From assembly GCF_019431335.1 (NCBI RefSeq), contig NZ_CP080235.1: DNA of 32,000 nt. One strand, written 5' to 3'. The stretch is from Escherichia coli O139:H1. GTDB taxonomy: Bacteria > Pseudomonadota > Gammaproteobacteria > Enterobacterales > Enterobacteriaceae. Of the stretch, positions 29,160 to 32,000 are shown piece by piece (the stretch's first letter is position 1; each line of letters begins with the position of its first letter). Below the pieces are notes generated by a model that saw only the letters and a program-made list of their open reading frames with translations, made no database searches and was not told the origin of the DNA. The translations under genes and the position numbers were made by a program.

Positions 29160-29181
29160 GACTCCTGTGATCTTCCGCCAA
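29160..29181 (+). repeat. attR core GACTCCTGTGATCTTCCGCCAA
   Basis: Exact 22-nt repeat of the selC 3' end at 14502-14523. Confidence 0.93.
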
Positions 29182-29429
29182 TTTGCCTCTTCATACGTTC
29201 TCCAACCCCTCGTAATACTGTCAATCCAGATATTTTCTACTGCTCAATATTCAATCGGCTTCAGAAATACCTGGTCAAAGGTTTTGTGATGGACGATGAG
29301 CTGCTGAAGAATCCGCCTGTCGGTTCTTCTGTCCTCGAACGCATCCGCGATATGCGCGCCAGCATGTGCCGTGTTTATTTGCAGGTGATTTGCCCCCTGC
29401 TGGCTCACAGCCAACTGTATCGCCATTAA
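29182..29429 (+). pseudogene. RhuM-family virulence/phage protein remnant
   Basis: RLQKYLVKGFVMDDELLKNPPVGSSVLERIRDMRAS...VYLQV resembles RhuM (KGFxMDDERLKNP...ERIRDIRASE), truncated and apparently frameshifted. Confidence 0.55.
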
Positions 29430-29816
29430 GGTGAAGATATTGTTTTACACGCTCCATAACACCCTTTTTTATACGACTATTCTATTCCTTTAACCGCTGG
29501 CGAAAAAAACTGACCTGTAAACTTCACCAATAATCAGACTGTCATCAAGATTAATTTTTTCATTTAATATATCAAATCAACTTGTTTTATTTTTACTATC
29601 AAAAATAGCTCATTGCCTTACTATAATTAATATATAAATTCGGTGATTAATTCTTAACATGCTTTTGCTAATAATCTCAATTGCTGGCCCTATAATATTG
29701 CGCTAGCATTGCTTTCTGGTTGTATCAGCGATACTCAAAAATTCTTAATACAATACTCATTCGACTGGTACTTATTTGTAACTCAGTTATATTTTGTCGC
29801 CCGGTGATTCAGAAGA

Positions 29817-31001
29817 ATGCAAAAAACGGCTACCACTCCATCAAAAATACTTGATCTCACTGCCGCGGCATTTTTACTTGTCGCCTTTCTGACTGGTATT
29901 GCGGGCGCTCTCCAGACTCCCACCTTAAGTATATTCCTCGCAGATGAACTGAAAGCTCGTCCTATAATGGTAGGTTTTTTCTTCACCGGTAGCGCTATTA
30001 TGGGAATTCTGGTCAGTCAATTTCTGGCAAGGCACTCCGATAAACAAGGCGACCGTAAATTACTGATTCTGCTATGTTGCTTATTTGGAGTGCTGGCCTG
30101 CACGCTTTTTGCGTGGAATCGCAACTACTTCATTCTCCTCTCTACGGGCGTACTTCTGAGTAGTTTTGCTTCCACTGCAAACCCGCAAATGTTCGCCCTC
30201 GCCCGTGAACACGCCGACAGAACAGGCCGTGAGACGGTCATGTTCAGTACATTTTTACGTGCTCAGATCTCGCTTGCCTGGGTTATCGGGCCACCGCTCG
30301 CTTATGAGCTGGCAATGGGATTTAGTTTTAAAGTGATGTATCTCACCGCAGCCATCGCATTTGTTGTTTGCGGGCTGATAGTCTGGTTGTTTTTGCCATC
30401 AATACAAAGAAATATTCCTGTCGTTACCCAACCCGTAGAAATTTTACCCTCCATCCATAGAAAGCGGGATACACGGCTACTTTTCGTGGTTTGTTCAATG
30501 ATGTGGGCGGCGAATAATCTCTACATGATAAATATGCCGCTATTTATTATTGATGAACTGCATCTAACCGATAAACTGGCTGGAGAAATGATTGGTATTG
30601 CTGCCGGTCTGGAAATTCCGATGATGTTAATCGCAGGCTATTACATGAAACGTATTGGCAAGCGACTATTAATGCTCATTGCTATCGTGAGTGGTATGTA
30701 TTTTTACGCCAGCGTACTCATGGCGACGACTCCGGTAGTTGAGCTGGAATTGCAAATTCTAAATGCCATCTTCCTTGGTATTCTCTGTGGTATCGGCATG
30801 CTTTATTTTCAGGACCTGATGCCTGAAAAAATAGGCTCTGCGACAACGTTATATGCAAATACTTCACGCGTCGGCTGGATTATCGCCGGCTCTGTTGACG
30901 GAATTATGGTTGAAATCTGGAGCTACCACGCGTTGTTCTGGCTGGCGATAGGAATGCTGGGTATTGCGATGATTTGCCTGCTGTTTATTAAAGATATTTA
31001 G
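29817..31001 (+). CDS. setC: Sugar efflux transporter SetC (MFS)
   Basis: 394 aa, MQKTATTPSKILDLTAAAFLLVAFLTGIAGALQTPTLSIFLADELKARP...; downstream of selC as in K-12. Confidence 0.95.
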   Translation: MQKTATTPSKILDLTAAAFLLVAFLTGIAGALQTPTLSIFLADELKARPIMVGFFFTGSAIMGILVSQFLARHSDKQGDRKLLILLCCLFGVLACTLFAWNRNYFILLSTGVLLSSFASTANPQMFALAREHADRTGRETVMFSTFLRAQISLAWVIGPPLAYELAMGFSFKVMYLTAAIAFVVCGLIVWLFLPSIQRNIPVVTQPVEILPSIHRKRDTRLLFVVCSMMWAANNLYMINMPLFIIDELHLTDKLAGEMIGIAAGLEIPMMLIAGYYMKRIGKRLLMLIAIVSGMYFYASVLMATTPVVELELQILNAIFLGILCGIGMLYFQDLMPEKIGSATTLYANTSRVGWIIAGSVDGIMVEIWSYHALFWLAIGMLGIAMICLLFIKDI

Positions 31002-31111
31002 CTCACCAGTCTGAGCTAAGAAAAATCGGCGTGGCGCAAACAGAGCCATCCTCGCCATTTTTGCTATCATGCCTGCATACATAAACGACAAAACAGTATG
31101 CAGAGGGAAAA

Positions 31112-32000
31112 ATGGGTTCCACCAGAAAGGGGATGCTGAACGTTCTGATTGCCGCCGTGTTGTGGGGAAGTTCAGGGGTCTGCGCGCAATACATCATGGA
31201 GCAAAGCCAGATGTCGTCGCAGTTTTTGACTATGACGCGTTTGATATTCGCCGGTTTGATTCTGCTGACGCTGTCATTTGTTCATGGCGATAAAATCTTT
31301 TCTATTATTAACAATCACAAAGATGCCATTAGTCTGCTGATTTTTTCCGTGGTTGGCGCGCTAACCGTACAGCTCACTTTTTTGCTAACCATTGAAAAAT
31401 CGAATGCTGCCACGGCAACGGTGCTGCAATTCCTCTCACCGACGATTATCGTCGCCTGGTTCTCACTGGTGCGTAAATCTCGCCCGGGCATTCTGGTTTT
31501 CTGCGCTATTTTGACATCGCTGATCGGAACTTTTATATTGGTGACACACGGTAATCCGACGTCATTATCGATCTCTCCGGCCGCGTTATTCTGGGGCATT
31601 GCCTCGGCATTTGCTGCGGCATTCTATACCACCTATCCCTCAACGCTGATTGCCCGCTATGGCACGTTACCGGTCGTCGGCTGGAGTATGCTGATCGGCG
31701 GTCTGATTCTGTTGCCTTTTTATGCCAGACAAGGGACAAACTTTGTCGTTAACGGCAGTTTGATTCTGGCGTTTTTTTATTTGGTGGTCATTGGTACGTC
31801 CCTGACATTTAGTCTGTACCTGAAAGGAGCACAATTAATTGGCGGGCCAAAAGCCAGCATTCTGAGCTGTGCAGAACCATTAAGTAGCGCGCTGCTCTCT
31901 TTGCTGTTGCTGGGGATCACGTTCACATTGCCGGACTGGCTGGGAACGCTGCTGATTCTGTCATCGGTGATTTTGATTTCAATGGATTCTCGCCGCCGCG
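31112..32000 (+). CDS. yicL: DMT/EamA family transporter YicL, 3' truncated by window end
   Basis: ATGGGTTCCACCAGAAAGGGG with GAGGG upstream; [32 protein letters not shown]; open to window end. Confidence 0.9.
   Translation, partial: MGSTRKGMLNVLIAAVLWGSSGVCAQYIMEQSQMSSQFLTMTRLIFAGLILLTLSFVHGDKIFSIINNHKDAISLLIFSVVGALTVQLTFLLTIEKSNAATATVLQFLSPTIIVAWFSLVRKSRPGILVFCAILTSLIGTFILVTHGNPTSLSISPAALFWGIASAFAAAFYTTYPSTLIARYGTLPVVGWSMLIGGLILLPFYARQGTNFVVNGSLILAFFYLVVIGTSLTFSLYLKGAQLIGGPKASILSCAEPLSSALLSLLLLGITFTLPDWLGTLLILSSVILISMDSRRR

Larger units (their letters stand above)
14502..29181. mobile_element. P4-like satellite prophage integrated at selC (att to att)
   Basis: 22-bp direct repeats at both ends; int next to attL; P2/P4-type cos, psu, delta-like, sid, cnr, alpha, iterons in P4 order. 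Confidence 0.96.

Overview
The window looks like an Escherichia coli/Shigella-type chromosome segment around tRNA-Sec (selC). Left core: xanP/yicE (partial), yicH, then a co-oriented minus-strand sugar operon (lyxose-isomerase-like cupin, ROK kinase, two class II aldolases, fructose-type PTS EIIC/EIIB/EIIA, PRD activator) resembling the described ExPEC frz operon, then yicI-yicJ and selC. A P4-like satellite prophage is integrated at selC between 22-bp att repeats (14502-14523 and 29160-29181): int, P2/P4-type cos, psu, delta/ogr-like, sid, ori-type iterons, an alpA-like gene, a C4/CI-like antisense RNA region, orf151-like, cnr, alpha primase-helicase and crr. It carries two defence-like cargos: (1) a 318-aa HEPN-like protein overlapping the end of int, and (2) a retron made of a clear msr-msd ncRNA followed by a reverse transcriptase fused to a C-terminal TIR domain. 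The retron is bracketed by two diverged copies of the alpha 3' end plus crr. A complete IS66-family element (2704 bp, 8-bp TSD AGATGAAC) sits between sid and the early region. Right core: a RhuM-like remnant, setC and yicL (partial). RT-TIR retrons are already reported, so the least characterised candidate here is the HEPN-like protein. The structural oddity most worth following is the duplicated alpha/crr bracket around the retron.
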